Origin: Minisyncoccota bacterium
GTDB lineage: Bacteria; Patescibacteriota; Minisyncoccia; Phycocordibacterales; DATDWN01
Length of the DNA stretch: 58,287 bases
Assembly: GCA_041674105.1 (NCBI GenBank)
Contig: JBAYWK010000004.1
Span: 1-58,287 of the forward strand
Reading direction: 5' to 3'
Positions 57,200 through 58,287 of the stretch are shown in pieces; position 1 is the stretch's first letter, and each line of letters opens with the position of its first letter. Below the pieces are notes generated by a model that worked only from the letters and a program-made list of their open reading frames with translations, made no database searches and was not told where the DNA came from. A program made the translations under genes and the position numbers.

Positions 57200-57815
57200 T
57201 CCCTGCCACAAGAAGGCCAAGACCGGTCAAAAGCATCGTTGCCGGTTCGGGAACAGCCTCGATACGAATGTTGTCGAGTACTGCACCAGCATATCCGGAA
57301 TCCGAATACACGTTGGCAAATCGGAGGTGTTCCGATGTCGGTGCACCAAAATTAAAGGCGACATTCTCTGTTGGGTAAGGGTTATTTGCTCCCACCCTAT
57401 CAAAACTGCCGATAAATAATGCTCCCAACCATACCTCAACAGTGGCCGCCCTACTAAGGTCGCTGTTTGGGAAGTACCACCCAATGAGATCGAAACTAAG
57501 CATATAATTGCCCGCCTCGAAATCAATGGGGTTAACCGTCTCAATAACACCCCCGCCGTTGTTGTTCCCACCGTAAGTGTCAATACAGACACCGCTGGTA
57601 GGAGCAACGCAAAGCGTAGTGTAGGTGTCACTCGGTGTGACGACATCCACACTACCACTCAAGACTTGAAATTGTGTGCCCACAAGGACACCTGAGGTTT
57701 GAGATTGTATGTTAACTCCATTCTCGAAGTCCTCGAAGAAGATTGTTGCTGCAAATGCCGACCATGATGTCAGCACAAAAATCACAATAACCAGTAGACA
57801 CTTTGTCATTGTCAC
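57159..57815 (-). CDS. PEP-CTERM sorting-domain surface protein
   Basis: Signal peptide (..SAFA), beta-rich domain, VPEPATMLLTGLGLLVAGIFHRRR; AAGGAG SD and TTGCTT-N17-TATAAA promoter (57854-57882). Confidence 0.9.
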   Translation of the reverse strand: MTMTKCLLVIVIFVLTSWSAFAATIFFEDFENGVNIQSQTSGVLVGTQFQVLSGSVDVVTPSDTYTTLCVAPTSGVCIDTYGGNNNGGGVIETVNPIDFEAGNYMLSFDLIGWYFPNSDLSRAATVEVWLGALFIGSFDRVGANNPYPTENVAFNFGAPTSEHLRFANVYSDSGYAGAVLDNIRIEAVPEPATMLLTGLGLLVAGIFHRRRSTKNAKN

Positions 57816-57913
57816 TATTACTCCTTAATTTTTGAAAAGAACCGAACTTGGTTTTTATATCACACTTTGATACAAAAAGCAAGTTCATCATTGCGACTTA
57901 ATTTTTAAAATGA

Positions 57914-58010
57914 AAAAAGCGCAGGCGACACACAAAATGTGTACTACCTGCGCTGTGGACCAAAAGGTCCTAGTTTTTGGCGTTTTTTGTCGAACGCCTG
58001 CGGTGGAAAA
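57914..58010. repeat. 97-bp direct repeat, copy 2
   Basis: Offset of 811 bp from copy 1, one mismatch. Confidence 0.9.
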
Positions 58011-58287
58011 ATCCCGCCATAAGGAGTCCGACACCCATTAACCCAAAGGTCGCCGGTTCGGGAACGGATTCAACAGAACCCTCCCAAACGGCTCCAAATG
58101 AGTAGCCTGACCGTTGGTACGTCCAGAGAGCAAGTTTGTTATTCCCTTGAGCCAAGTGGCCTGTAAGGGAAATGGTTTGAAACTCCGCCTGTTCGCAGGC
58201 GATTGGCCCTGCGGCACAGGTTGCATCCTGTGTCCAGTTGGCCGCCTTTAGTAAGTATCCGCCCGGGTGGAGCGAGTTTATGATGTA
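57970..58287 (-). CDS. Second PEP-CTERM protein (5'-truncated by the window edge)
   Basis: Frame is open from the window end: YIINSLHPGGYLLKAANW...SVPEPATFGLMGVGLLMAGFFHRRRSTKNAKN*. Confidence 0.88.
   Translation of the reverse strand, partial: YIINSLHPGGYLLKAANWTQDATCAAGPIACEQAEFQTISLTGHLAQGNNKLALWTYQRSGYSFGAVWEGSVESVPEPATFGLMGVGLLMAGFFHRRRSTKNAKN

Noticed and set aside
1506-57658. Many short antisense or overlapping ORFs in the track (e.g. 1506-1826, 3138-3326, 6259-6681, 36990-37331, 40100-40624, 57227-57658)
   Set aside because: They lie opposite or inside well-supported genes, show no family motifs, and read like typical shadow frames.
57103-58010. The 97-bp repeats as a CRISPR array or integron attC sites
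   Set aside because: There are only two copies, 811 bp apart, that include coding sequence; no RYYYAAC/GTTRRRY ends, and no cas or intI gene in the window.
1-58287. Alternative genetic code (UGA=Gly, as in Gracilibacteria/Absconditabacteria)
   Set aside because: Long conserved genes, including Gly-rich ones, are uninterrupted under the standard code.

Overview
A 58 kb AT-rich bacterial chromosomal segment read with the standard code. Gene content and style point to a Patescibacteria/CPR genome, most likely Parcubacteria; this is inferred from the compact housekeeping genes, type IV pilin, short SMC, short ThrRS, NusB-NUDIX fusion and -10 boxes just upstream of ATG. Most of it is housekeeping: smc, rnc, nusB, rpmF, rnhB, dnaE, thrS, gyrB, PheRS, tsf, rpsB, prfA, rpmE, rplY, a glycolysis/pentose-phosphate cluster, a class II RNR, msrAB, htpX/lemA, tRNA-Thr(UGU) and tRNA-Ser(GGA). 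The notable parts are: (1) a five-gene SipW/TasA-family operon (38.9-45.4 kb) that looks like a complete anchored donor-strand pilus or matrix fibre system; (2) three tandem, unannotated promoter-SD-peptide-hairpin cassettes encoding 35-38 aa single-TM peptides (45.8-46.4 kb); (3) tandem PEP-CTERM genes sharing a 97-bp near-identical 3' module; (4) a high-GC orphan carrying a free-standing RNA polymerase alpha-CTD; (5) a family of structured intergenic elements with a GCGCGACGG core and AGYA-capped hairpins; (6) an organelle-type monomeric PheRS; (7) a candidate sRNA carrying an anti-SD sequence. No CRISPR array, rRNA, transposase or integrase was seen. All family assignments come from motif recognition by eye; no searches were run.
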